This document shows positions 40,383-50,236 of a DNA stretch of 64,000 bases, in pieces. The translations under genes were made by a program, and so were the position numbers. Location: the NCBI GenBank assembly GCA_963667715.1, contig OY763926.1, forward strand, positions 2,552,609-2,616,608, written 5' to 3'. Every line of letters starts with the position of its first letter. Within the stretch, counting starts at the first letter, position 1. This DNA comes from Sedimentisphaerales bacterium. Lineage in GTDB: Bacteria > Planctomycetota > Phycisphaerae > Sedimentisphaerales > SM23-30. The notes beneath the pieces were generated by a model. That model saw only the letters and a list, made by a program, of their open reading frames with translations. It did no database searches and was not told the DNA's origin.

Positions 40383-41027
40383 AACATTCCTTGTAATATA
40401 TGTTCAATAAATCCGTAATAATAGCCAAAAAGATGCCTGCTATATGTAAACTCCAACCCAATTAGCAACTTCTTAATTAAATAATTCAGAAAGAATCCTG
40501 AATCAAGTCATTAATAATTGATATTACTCATAAGTACTAAATTTATAAAGTATATTTTACTGTATTGATAAAAATATAATGTAGCATAAGTTCATTTCGC
40601 ATAGTCGCCAAGAAGCAGATTCAAATTAAAAAGTTCATTGGATAGTTATTACCGTCCGACGTAAAGATAAGCTATCGCAAATATTTTACATAAACTCATA
40701 CATATAAAACACTTATCAGATAATAACCAATCTATTTTATAAGGTTTGGAGGTGGTTTTTGATTATCGGCTGCTTTTGGTGCTTATCGGGGCCGAATATT
40801 GGAAAATGCGGTGGATTTTCCCGCTTTGCATGTTAAATGTTACACCAACCAGAGACGAAAAATGACTATTTTTTGTTCATAAACAAATGTTGGATAAGAA
40901 ATTGATATTTTTTTCTCAATTTGCTTCACTTTCATTGTTACAGGTGTCTATAATTCATCGAAAGGTTAAATAATAATAGCTATAAATAGTATAAATAACA
41001 ACGAGATATAAAACCGAGGTAAATGAG

Positions 41028-42398
41028 ATGAAGATAATAGTTATAGGGATTAATCATGCGGGTACATCGGCGATCAGGACTCTGCTGGCCCAGAACAGAG
41101 ACCATGAGATCACCGGTTACGACCGCAATACGAATATATCATTTTTGGGCTGTGGTATAGCCCTGGCCGTCGGCGGCGAAGTTGACAATATCGAGAAGCT
41201 TTTCTACTGTAACCCTGTCAAGCTTGAGGAGCAAGGGGCAAAGATCAGGATGAATCACGATGTTATCGCGGTCGACTATAAGAAGCAGGTTGTCACCGTC
41301 AAGGACCTCGACAGCGGTGAAGAGTTCGAAGACAGCTATGACAAGCTCATCTATGCCGCCGGTTCCTGGCCGATCGCCATCCCCGGTGTACCGGAGGCCA
41401 ACCGCTCACTGGAGAATATCGAGATCTGCAAACTCTTCCAGCATGCCAAGGAGCTTATCCGCAAAGGCGATGATCCGGCTATCGAATCAGTTGCCGTAGT
41501 GGGTGCGGGCTATATCGGTATCGAACTGGCCGAAGCCTATATGAAAAAAGGCAAGAAGGTCACTCTGGTTGACTTCGAGAAGCGCGTACTGCCGAAGTAT
41601 TTTGATAATGAATTCACCGATACCCTCGAAGCGGATATGAGAAACAGCGGGATCACCCTGGCCCTGGGCGAAAAGGTGGTAGACTTCAAGGGAGAAAATG
41701 GAAAAGTAAAAGAGATCATCACTGATAAGAACAGCTACCGGGCTGATCTGGTGATTGAATGTATCGGCTTTAAGCCAAACACTGAGCTGTTGCCTGATGC
41801 GGCCAAGACACCAAACGGAGCGATGATCGTTGACAGCCATATGAAGACGAGTCTGCCCAATATTTACGGTATCGGCGACTGTATCGCCATGTATCATGCC
41901 GCACTCGATACCCATGTGCAAGTGGCACTGGCAACTAACGCAGTTAAAAGCGGTATCGCAGCTGCTAGCAATATCAACGGCAACGAGCTCGTCAAGGTTG
42001 ACAGTGTAGCCGGAACTAATGCGATCTGCGTTTTTGAGAATAAGCTCGCCAGTACAGGTATCAACGTTGAGACTGCCGCCAAGTTCGGTATTGATGCCGC
42101 AGCCAGCTTCGTCGAAGATAATGACCGCCCAGAGTTCATGAGCACATACAATAGCACCAGGTTCAAGATCATCTACGATAAGAAGACTCTGCGTCTGCTG
42201 GGAGCTCAGATCGGCTCATACGGCGATAGTAATCACACAGAAGTTATATATTATCTGGCTCTTGCGATCCAGCGTAAGCTGACTTTGGTAGATCTGGCCT
42301 TTACCGATGTATACTTCCTGCCGCATTTCAATAAGCCGTTCAATTTCGTGCTTACTGCGATAATGCAGGTGTTAGGTCTGGACTACTACAAAAACTAA
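41028..42398 (+). CDS. FAD-dependent pyridine nucleotide-disulfide oxidoreductase, NADH oxidase/peroxidase (Nox/Npx) type
   Basis: The N-terminal FAD motif is KIIVIGINHAGTSA, the redox-active single-Cys region is ISFLGCGIAL, the second dinucleotide fold is VAVVGAGYIGIELAE, and the GIGDC motif is present. Confidence 0.8.
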   Translation: MKIIVIGINHAGTSAIRTLLAQNRDHEITGYDRNTNISFLGCGIALAVGGEVDNIEKLFYCNPVKLEEQGAKIRMNHDVIAVDYKKQVVTVKDLDSGEEFEDSYDKLIYAAGSWPIAIPGVPEANRSLENIEICKLFQHAKELIRKGDDPAIESVAVVGAGYIGIELAEAYMKKGKKVTLVDFEKRVLPKYFDNEFTDTLEADMRNSGITLALGEKVVDFKGENGKVKEIITDKNSYRADLVIECIGFKPNTELLPDAAKTPNGAMIVDSHMKTSLPNIYGIGDCIAMYHAALDTHVQVALATNAVKSGIAAASNINGNELVKVDSVAGTNAICVFENKLASTGINVETAAKFGIDAAASFVEDNDRPEFMSTYNSTRFKIIYDKKTLRLLGAQIGSYGDSNHTEVIYYLALAIQRKLTLVDLAFTDVYFLPHFNKPFNFVLTAIMQVLGLDYYKN

Positions 42399-42431
42399 CA
42401 GAAAAGATTACCACACACACTTTTATACAAT

Positions 42432-42460
42432 GGTTCCGGTATATGCCGGGACCTTTTTTT
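42432..42460 (+). terminator. Rho-independent terminator after the nox-like gene
   Basis: The stem pairs GGTTCCGG (42432-42439) with CCGGGACC (42446-42453), including one G-U pair, around a 6-nt loop, followed by 7 T. Confidence 0.55.
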
Positions 42461-42720
42461 GTGTATAGGGAGAAAGAAACCAGAACTTCCCCCTCTATTT
42501 CGTCAACCATTTTTGATGTCTTTTTACCCAAAAATATCACAATATTATAAAAAAAATCATAAAACATACAAAAAAAACGCTAGAAATGACATATAGTATT
42601 AGCAACGAACTTTTAAGAAAATTGGTTGAAGTATGACTGATTATGGTTAAAATACTAACCATAAGAAAATAGAACATTCCTGAAAATTACATACCTAAAA
42701 AAATTAAGATCGAGACTCCC

Positions 42721-44859
42721 ATGGTAAAAAATTTGCTCCGGATCACCGTTTTTATGACGATGGTTACGGCTCTGTACGGCCAAAAACCATTAACTGACTA
42801 TGTTAACCCATTTTTAGGCACTGCCCCGCTTACAAATAGTAAGGAAATCGGCTATCGGCCACCTGCGGGCTGGCGTGTATGGGCTGGTCTGACCTACCCT
42901 GGCTCTTCAGTTCCAAATGCAATGGTTCAGCTGAGCCCGATCACTGAATTTGGTAGCGGTGCCGGCTACGAATATGAAGATACAGTTATCTATGCCTTTA
43001 CACATACCAATAAAGGCCACTGGAATCTTTGCCATATCCCTGTTCTGCCGGTAACGGGCGAGATATCAGATCGTGATTTCGGTTCTCATTATACTCACGA
43101 AAACGAAGAGGCCAGTCCCGGTTATTATCGCGTACTACTTGACAGATACAATATCAATGCCGAGCTGACCTCAACACTGCATTGCGGCTATCATAAATAC
43201 ACTTTCCCGGCTGGTGCCGAGATGAAGATCCTGTTTAACCTTGCTGCATCAAACGAACGTGTTAGAGACTGGGAAATTAATCAGCAAGGAGATTTTGCAA
43301 TCTCTGGTCGTCAGCGTACCGGCGGCAATATCTATTTCTACGCTACCACTAGTCATAAAGTTACTGGAATTGATAAACTGGGAGATAAACGCTGGTCGCC
43401 GTCAGTAGTAAAGTTTGAAAGCTCTGATAAACCACTGGAAATGAAGATAGCACTATCTTTTGTCAGTGTAGAAAACGCAAAAGCAAACCTGGAAGCTGAA
43501 CTGACTGGCATGAGCTTTGACCAAACCAGAGAGCAAGCTCAAAAAACATGGGAAAAGCTTCTCGGTAAAATTGAAGTAAACGGCGGCAGCCATCGCGAAA
43601 AGGAACTATTCTACTCCTGCCTCTACCGCTCATTTCTCTGGCCGGCACTTCGCAGCGATGTAAACGGCGATTTTACTGATGCCAGCGGTCAGGTAGTAAA
43701 CAAAGGTTTCAAGTACTATACCACCCCTTCGATCTGGGACACTTACCGCAATAAACTGGTTCTATTATGTATGCTTGAACCAGAAGTAACAGCTGATGTA
43801 ATACAGTCTATGATAGATATTGGCGAAAAACGCGGATTTATGCCTACCTTCTTCCACGGCGACCATGCCGCGGCTTTTGTTTCCGGCTCTTACCTAAGAG
43901 GGCTTAGAGGCTTTGATGTACAGAGTGCATACAACCTGCTGCTAAGAAATGCTACAGTAGAAGGCGGTACCAGACCTCATATCAAGGAGTATATCGAAAA
44001 AGGATATATTTCAACTCCGAAGATCGATAACCCACACGTAGAGACCAAGGCCAAAGCCGGTGTTACCAAGACACTGGAATATGCTTATGATGACTACTGT
44101 GTTGCTCAGCTGGCAAAAGCTCTCGGCGATGAACAGAATTATGATATGCTCATGAAGCGATCTTCATACTATAAAAATCTGTTCGACCCTTCTACCGGCC
44201 TGATGAGAGGTAAGCTCGATGACGGCAGCTGGGTGGAGAACTTTAATCCGCAATATCCATATTACGAATATATGTACCGTGAAGCAAATGCCTGGCAGTC
44301 TACCTTTTTTGCTCCACATGATTCGAAAGGCCTGATAAACCTGTTTCCAAACGCCGAGCTGTTTGAGCAGCAGATGGACAAATTCTTCACTATTCCATGG
44401 GATCGCAAACATATAGCCAGAAATGTTTCGAGCTTTATCGGTCAATATTGCCACGGTAACCAGCCAGACCACGGTGCCCAGTACCTGTACTATTTTATTG
44501 GTAAACAGCCAAAGGCCCAGAAAGTCATGAACAAGATTATGAGAGACCTTTACGGCATGGGTAAAGAAGGTAACGCACTCTGCGGTATGGATGATGCCGG
44601 GGAAATGTCCAGCTGGTACGTATTCAGTGCAATCGGTCTTTACCCATATTCGCCGGGTGATGCTGATTATATCGTAAGTGTACCGCTCTTTGACGAAACT
44701 AAAATACAGATGAGTAATAGTAACACTTGCAAGGTTATTAAAAAGAATAACAGCCCTGAGATCACCAGTATCAGCTGTGGAAATGAGACTGTTACTGATT
44801 TCTTTATCTCTTACCAGAATATGCTCGACGGCAATAATATCGTCATAACAACAAGATAA
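42721..44859 (+). CDS. Glycoside hydrolase family 92 (alpha-mannosidase type)
   Basis: It has a signal-like N-terminus and GH92-typical segments SIWDTYRNK, TLEYAYDDYCVAQLAKALG and HGNQPDHGAQYLYYF. Confidence 0.8.
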   Translation: MVKNLLRITVFMTMVTALYGQKPLTDYVNPFLGTAPLTNSKEIGYRPPAGWRVWAGLTYPGSSVPNAMVQLSPITEFGSGAGYEYEDTVIYAFTHTNKGHWNLCHIPVLPVTGEISDRDFGSHYTHENEEASPGYYRVLLDRYNINAELTSTLHCGYHKYTFPAGAEMKILFNLAASNERVRDWEINQQGDFAISGRQRTGGNIYFYATTSHKVTGIDKLGDKRWSPSVVKFESSDKPLEMKIALSFVSVENAKANLEAELTGMSFDQTREQAQKTWEKLLGKIEVNGGSHREKELFYSCLYRSFLWPALRSDVNGDFTDASGQVVNKGFKYYTTPSIWDTYRNKLVLLCMLEPEVTADVIQSMIDIGEKRGFMPTFFHGDHAAAFVSGSYLRGLRGFDVQSAYNLLLRNATVEGGTRPHIKEYIEKGYISTPKIDNPHVETKAKAGVTKTLEYAYDDYCVAQLAKALGDEQNYDMLMKRSSYYKNLFDPSTGLMRGKLDDGSWVENFNPQYPYYEYMYREANAWQSTFFAPHDSKGLINLFPNAELFEQQMDKFFTIPWDRKHIARNVSSFIGQYCHGNQPDHGAQYLYYFIGKQPKAQKVMNKIMRDLYGMGKEGNALCGMDDAGEMSSWYVFSAIGLYPYSPGDADYIVSVPLFDETKIQMSNSNTCKVIKKNNSPEITSISCGNETVTDFFISYQNMLDGNNIVITTR

Positions 44860-44911
44860 ACCACTACCAGATTACCAACTATATATTCAGCGAAAGTGAA
44901 CCATAGATACA

Positions 44912-47014
44912 ATGTCAAATAATAGCAAAACAATAATATCACTTAAGTATATTCTCATTACTGTAATAGCAGCTTTCACTTTTTGGGGCACTAACCTATC
45001 TGCTCAGCAGTTTGACACTAGCTACAGCCCAGTCGTTAACTCTGATGCTGAAGACTGCCTAAATAGCTGGACTTTTGAAAGTGCGAAAATAGTTAAAAGC
45101 GGTAAAAAAGGAAAGTGTTTTCTGCTGGGCGGCTCGAGCCAGGAAGCTTCTATTTGCTCAGAACCTGTCTCTATACGTAAAAATGAAGCAGTCCAGCTGC
45201 AATTTGATATTATGACAGTTAAAAGCTCTACACCATGTACCGCAGAGATCATCTCATACTCTTATGACAAAAAGACTGTACTGTCCAATGCGACATTCAA
45301 ATGCAAACTATCAAATAGCTGGTCACCACAGATATTCAATTGCCGGGTTGACAAGAATGCCTACTATGTGGCTGTCAAATTCTCTATGCCGGCAGCTGGC
45401 AGTAAAGCCAAAACATATATAGATAATATTTTTCTCGCTCGCGAAATAAGCTTTAATCCACTCTACGGCGATATCAAGCCAATGACACCTGGAACCACCC
45501 TTTATACATACCGCAAAGGCTCTCGCAGAAATAACCTTCAGGCTATAGCTATCGGTTCATTACAGGGAACTACCGCCAGAGTAACTGGCCCGCATATCTG
45601 GCTCGATTCTGGCGATGACACGCATCTGGATAATTTCTCACAGAACTATGGAATAAAGATCGATAGAAAGTATGAAAATAACTTCGTTGGCCTTATCAAG
45701 GAAATGAAGCCTTATACCAGTGGCCAGTACGTACTTTACGATATAAATGACAGTCCATCTCTGAGTGCCGCTAATACTCTGGCCGGACTAGTCGATGGTA
45801 TGGCGATCGATATAAAGATTGAAAATCTGGCAAAGGCCAGTGGTTATACCATGGCTCTTGACGCACGCGGTAAAGACTGTCGCTGGGTATATGAAAACTA
45901 CCGCGACCAGCTAAACTATGACGGAATTGTCATCCATACCAACGACTATAAGATACACCCTAGTGTAGATTGCCTGATAGATTGGAGCCCTGCGACTAAA
46001 AGCATTTGCTGGTGGCTGGCTGACGATAAATATTCCCGTGAAGTTTACCGCAGTATGTCGCCATGTTCTCCGGCTTTCGGCTGGCAGGACCCAACTACTG
46101 ACGATGAAGGACTTACGGTTAAGATCCACTCTGAAGAAGGCCTGTTCCAGATGCCTAGCGACTGGATGACCAACCTGAGTGTTCACGCTTCTTTTGGCCC
46201 TATGCTCAAGGATAAGCAGTTCAAGCAGAAGCTCGAAAGAAAAGAGCCACCTACTGAAGACAATGTTCATTATGTCACTATTGTGATGAGTGATATGGAC
46301 AATATCCTCACCGAAATCGGCACAAATTCGTTCTACTCAAATAAACGCTACTTCGCCAATGACCATCGCGGCGAGTTTCCAATGAGCTGGGGAATGGCTC
46401 CTTCACTGGTAGAACTATCGCCAACAGCGGTTGAACTGTGGTATAATGCAGCGACTAAAACCGATGCTTTTGTCGGCTATTGTGGTCTGGGCTACTTCTA
46501 CCCGAATGTTGCCCCTTATCTGCAGAGCCATATGCAGCGTCTGGAAGGTTTTATTAAAAGAGCAGACCTGAAAACCATGCTTCTTATCGACAGAGTATTA
46601 CCAGATAACAAGTTTAGCGGAGAATATTACAAGCCATATGCCGAGTATTTCATGAATCTGGAACAGATCCACGGTCTGTACTATATGGAATATGTCGAGT
46701 ACGCCCCGCACGGCGGCAAGATATACTGGTACAATAATAAACCAATGGTTACAGCCAGATTCGATTATAGAAATGAAGAGTTTTATTCAGCAGTTCGCAG
46801 CACGCCGGAAAAACTAGCCGACACCCTGAACGCTCTGCCGCGTGATCCGCATGATCCGGACAGCTATAGTATGGTGACAGTCCACGCCTGGAGCAAAGGT
46901 ATGGACGATATTGCAGAGGCCGTAAAACTGCTAGATGAGAATGTAAAAGTGGTTAATGCTGAAGAATTTATCGAATTGCTAAGGAAAAACATACCGGCAA
47001 ATAAGCGTAAATAA
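44912..47014 (+). CDS. GxGYxYP-family putative glycoside hydrolase with an N-terminal CBM-like domain
   Basis: It has a signal-like N-terminus, and the literal family motif occurs as GLGYFYP in CGLGYFYPNV. The N-terminal ~170 aa end in YIDNIFLA, as in jelly-roll binding modules. Confidence 0.6.
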   Translation: MSNNSKTIISLKYILITVIAAFTFWGTNLSAQQFDTSYSPVVNSDAEDCLNSWTFESAKIVKSGKKGKCFLLGGSSQEASICSEPVSIRKNEAVQLQFDIMTVKSSTPCTAEIISYSYDKKTVLSNATFKCKLSNSWSPQIFNCRVDKNAYYVAVKFSMPAAGSKAKTYIDNIFLAREISFNPLYGDIKPMTPGTTLYTYRKGSRRNNLQAIAIGSLQGTTARVTGPHIWLDSGDDTHLDNFSQNYGIKIDRKYENNFVGLIKEMKPYTSGQYVLYDINDSPSLSAANTLAGLVDGMAIDIKIENLAKASGYTMALDARGKDCRWVYENYRDQLNYDGIVIHTNDYKIHPSVDCLIDWSPATKSICWWLADDKYSREVYRSMSPCSPAFGWQDPTTDDEGLTVKIHSEEGLFQMPSDWMTNLSVHASFGPMLKDKQFKQKLERKEPPTEDNVHYVTIVMSDMDNILTEIGTNSFYSNKRYFANDHRGEFPMSWGMAPSLVELSPTAVELWYNAATKTDAFVGYCGLGYFYPNVAPYLQSHMQRLEGFIKRADLKTMLLIDRVLPDNKFSGEYYKPYAEYFMNLEQIHGLYYMEYVEYAPHGGKIYWYNNKPMVTARFDYRNEEFYSAVRSTPEKLADTLNALPRDPHDPDSYSMVTVHAWSKGMDDIAEAVKLLDENVKVVNAEEFIELLRKNIPANKRK

Positions 47015-47178
47015 GTCTTAACGAAAATAAAAACAAATTTTATTGCTCAATACTCAACCCCAAGGGCTTTCCAGTTGTATTATACTACTCTTTGGTAGAT
47101 AATTGATACTTTTGGAAAGCAACTTTTGAACCAGCCATTCCAATTGTGCTTGGCTTTCTTCTGGAAAGGTATTGAAAG

Positions 47179-50094
47179 ATGATCCGCTTTTTATCTGCAA
47201 TAATAGTTGTACTGCTTACTGGCCACATTTCACTGGCAAGTGAAAACCATAGACAGACATATAATTTCAACTATGGCTGGAAGCTCAGCGTCGGCGACCC
47301 GGGTAATGCCCAGCAGCCAGATTTTGATGACAGCAGCTGGCAGGCGATATCACTGCCTCACGCATGGAATGAAGATGAAGCATTCAAGCTGGATATTCAC
47401 GATCTCTCTAACGGCATATGCTGGTATCGCAAGCACTTCGCCCTGCCGGAGAACTGCGGGGCCATGGTATTTCTTGAATTTGAAGGTGTAAGACAGGCTG
47501 CTGAAGTGTACCTGAATGGCACCTGGATCGGTCGTCATGAAAATGGAGCTATGGCCTTTGGACTTGATATCAGCAATGCGGTGCAACGCGGGCCAGACAG
47601 CGATAATATTATTGCAGTTCACACAGACAGCAGCTGGGACTATCGAGAAAAAAGCTCAAACAGTCGCTATCAATGGTCCGACAAAAACTTCAATGCCAAC
47701 TACGGTGGTATCCCGAAAAACGTCAAACTTCACTGCAGCGGTAAGCTGTATCAAACCCTGCCGCTCTACTCTAATCTAGGAACGACCGGCACGTACATAT
47801 ACGCCAATCAATTCGATATCACTGGAAAAACAGCAAGAATTAATGCTGAAAGTCAAGTATGCAACGCTTCTGATAAAATCGTTAAGTTCAAGTATCTCGT
47901 GTCACTCGAATCACTTGACGGCGACACACTCAAGACCTTCACCAGTAAAACTGTAACGGTTTTACCTGGCGAAACAACCAATGTAAAAGCATCATCGCCT
48001 GTGTCTAATCTGGAATTCTGGAGCTGGGGATATGGCTATCTATATAATGTCAAAACATCACTGATAGTAAATGGTAAAGCTGTAGATACCGTTTGCACCC
48101 AAACTGGTTTTCGCAAAACAGCATTTAATTCCGGTATGTTCTATCTTAACGACCGGGTATTACAGCTCAAAGGCTATGCCCAGCGAACCAGTAACGAATG
48201 GCCGGCGGTTGGAATGTCTGTACCGCCATGGCTCAGCGATTTCAGTAATCGCCTGATAACCGAAAGCAACGGTAATCTAGTCCGCTGGATGCATATTACA
48301 CCATGGAAGCAGGACGTGGAATCGTGTGATCGGGTAGGGCTTATCCAGGCTATGCCCGCCGGTGACTCTGAAAAGGATGTATCAGACAGACGCTGGGGGC
48401 AACGCTGCGAGCTTATGCGTGATGCTATTATCTATAACCGCAATAATCCAAGTATTATATTCTATGAAGGCGGTAATGAAAACATAAGTGAAGAACATAT
48501 GGCAGAGCTCAAGTCTATTCGTGACACATATGACCCGTATGGCGGGCGTGCAATCGGCAGCCGGGAAATGCTCGATAGTAAAATCGCTGAATACGGCGGT
48601 GAAATGCTTTATATCAATAAAAGTTCCGGCAAGCCAGTCTGGGCCATGGAATACTCTCGTGATGAAGGACTCAGACGGTACCAGGATGAATTTACCTGGC
48701 CATATCATAAAGATTCACCAGCTTATAACCGTAATCAGGATTCACATGCAATTGAAAATATCATCAGATGGTTCGATTATTGGCAATGCAGACCAGGGAC
48801 CGGCAAGCGAGTAAGTTCCGGAGGCGTAAATATAGTTTTCTCTGATACCAATACCCATTTTCGCGGCGATGAAAACTATAGACGCAGCGGTGAAGTTGAT
48901 GCTATGCGTATACCAAAGGACGGTTTCTTTGTTCATCAGGTAATGTGGGATGGCTGGGTTGATACAGAGAAATATGGTATCTATATCTTCGGCCATTGGA
49001 ACTATAAGTCGGATACGGTTAAAGATATTTCCGCCTGTTCAACAGCGGAAAAAGTTGAGCTTTTTATAAATGGTAAATCGCAGGGCTTTGGCCAACGCAG
49101 CTATGATTTTCTATTTACCTTCAATAATATAGTTTTTGAGCCAGGTGAGATTACGGCTATCGGATATGACAATGAAGATAATGTACTATGCCGCACAGAA
49201 AGAAAAACTGCCAGAGAACCAGCAGCGATAAAGTTACGGGCTATTACCTCACCTGAGGGCTTCACTGCTGACGGTGCTGATCTTGCCCTAATTGAAGTAG
49301 AAGTGGTTGACGCTAACGGTCTACGCTGCCCTACCGCCTTTAATGAGATCAGCTTCGAGCTGACTGGCCCCGCTCAGTGGCGAGGAGGAATAGCTCAAGG
49401 CCCAGGTAACTATATTCTAAGCAAAACTCTGCCAGTAGAGCTAGGAGTTAACCGTATACTGGTACGTTCACTAACTACAGGCGGTAAGATAACTGTAAAA
49501 GCCACAGCAGAAGATCTACGTCCTGCTGAAATAACGCTCATCTCTGAACCTGTCACAGTATCTGGCGGGCTATCAGAGTACCTCCCTGCTGCTCAACTAC
49601 CTGTCAATCTCAACAGAGGTCCTACCCCTACCGGTAACAGCTTTACAACTAAGCGTACGCCAATCAAAATCGTTTCAGCAATAGCAGGGGCTAACAATTC
49701 AAAAACCACCCTCAGTTATGACGATAATGAAATGACCAACTGGGATAATCACAATGAAAAAGAGAATGGCTGGATATCTTACCAGTTCGATAAGAGACAC
49801 ACCGTCAGCCAGGTTGTCGCTAAATTCTCCGGCTGGAGAACTAGAAGCTATCCTATTCGAATAATGGTTGACGATAAGGAAGTATTCAAAGGTGACAGCC
49901 CTAAAAGTCTGGGCTATGTCACATTCGACTTTAAACCAACAACCGGCAGGACAGTTTCTATTGAGCTAATAGGAGCAAATAAAGATGAAGATGCTTTTGA
50001 CCTGGTCGAAGTCACCGGCAAAAAAGATGAACAAGGCCAGATCAGCCAGACCACAAAAGGCAACTTATCAATCGTTGAAATAGAAATATATTAA
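47179..50094 (+). CDS. Glycoside hydrolase family 2 enzyme with a C-terminal F5/8 type C (discoidin)-like domain
   Basis: It has a signal peptide, the GH2 N-domain pattern FLEFEGVRQAAEVYLNGTWIGRHENGAMAFGLDIS, the catalytic region NNPSIIFYEGGNEN, and a C-terminal ~150 aa ending in IVEIEIY typical of discoidin-type modules. Confidence 0.75.
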   Translation: MIRFLSAIIVVLLTGHISLASENHRQTYNFNYGWKLSVGDPGNAQQPDFDDSSWQAISLPHAWNEDEAFKLDIHDLSNGICWYRKHFALPENCGAMVFLEFEGVRQAAEVYLNGTWIGRHENGAMAFGLDISNAVQRGPDSDNIIAVHTDSSWDYREKSSNSRYQWSDKNFNANYGGIPKNVKLHCSGKLYQTLPLYSNLGTTGTYIYANQFDITGKTARINAESQVCNASDKIVKFKYLVSLESLDGDTLKTFTSKTVTVLPGETTNVKASSPVSNLEFWSWGYGYLYNVKTSLIVNGKAVDTVCTQTGFRKTAFNSGMFYLNDRVLQLKGYAQRTSNEWPAVGMSVPPWLSDFSNRLITESNGNLVRWMHITPWKQDVESCDRVGLIQAMPAGDSEKDVSDRRWGQRCELMRDAIIYNRNNPSIIFYEGGNENISEEHMAELKSIRDTYDPYGGRAIGSREMLDSKIAEYGGEMLYINKSSGKPVWAMEYSRDEGLRRYQDEFTWPYHKDSPAYNRNQDSHAIENIIRWFDYWQCRPGTGKRVSSGGVNIVFSDTNTHFRGDENYRRSGEVDAMRIPKDGFFVHQVMWDGWVDTEKYGIYIFGHWNYKSDTVKDISACSTAEKVELFINGKSQGFGQRSYDFLFTFNNIVFEPGEITAIGYDNEDNVLCRTERKTAREPAAIKLRAITSPEGFTADGADLALIEVEVVDANGLRCPTAFNEISFELTGPAQWRGGIAQGPGNYILSKTLPVELGVNRILVRSLTTGGKITVKATAEDLRPAEITLISEPVTVSGGLSEYLPAAQLPVNLNRGPTPTGNSFTTKRTPIKIVSAIAGANNSKTTLSYDDNEMTNWDNHNEKENGWISYQFDKRHTVSQVVAKFSGWRTRSYPIRIMVDDKEVFKGDSPKSLGYVTFDFKPTTGRTVSIELIGANKDEDAFDLVEVTGKKDEQGQISQTTKGNLSIVEIEIY

Positions 50095-50236
50095 AACTGA
50101 ATACAATGCAGCTTGAACCGGCATAAATAACTATTCACTTGATAATACCTGTTATTTTGCTATTATTTGGTTATCCGCTAACAAGAACTGGTTATTTACA
50201 AAACTTTCAAAGCAAATTTTGGAAAGGAGCTGCAAA

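Noticed and set aside
40748-40836. A small Cys-rich ORF (TTG 40759 to TAA 40836; 25 aa, IIGCFWCLSGPNIGKCGGFSRFAC after the start) preceded by GGAGG, in a GC-richer patch upstream of nox that also holds the hairpin GGAAAATgcggtggATTTTCC.
   Set aside because: It is too short and has a non-ATG start, so it cannot be supported from sequence alone. The patch may equally be a gene remnant or a regulatory hairpin. It would need ribosome profiling or conservation evidence.
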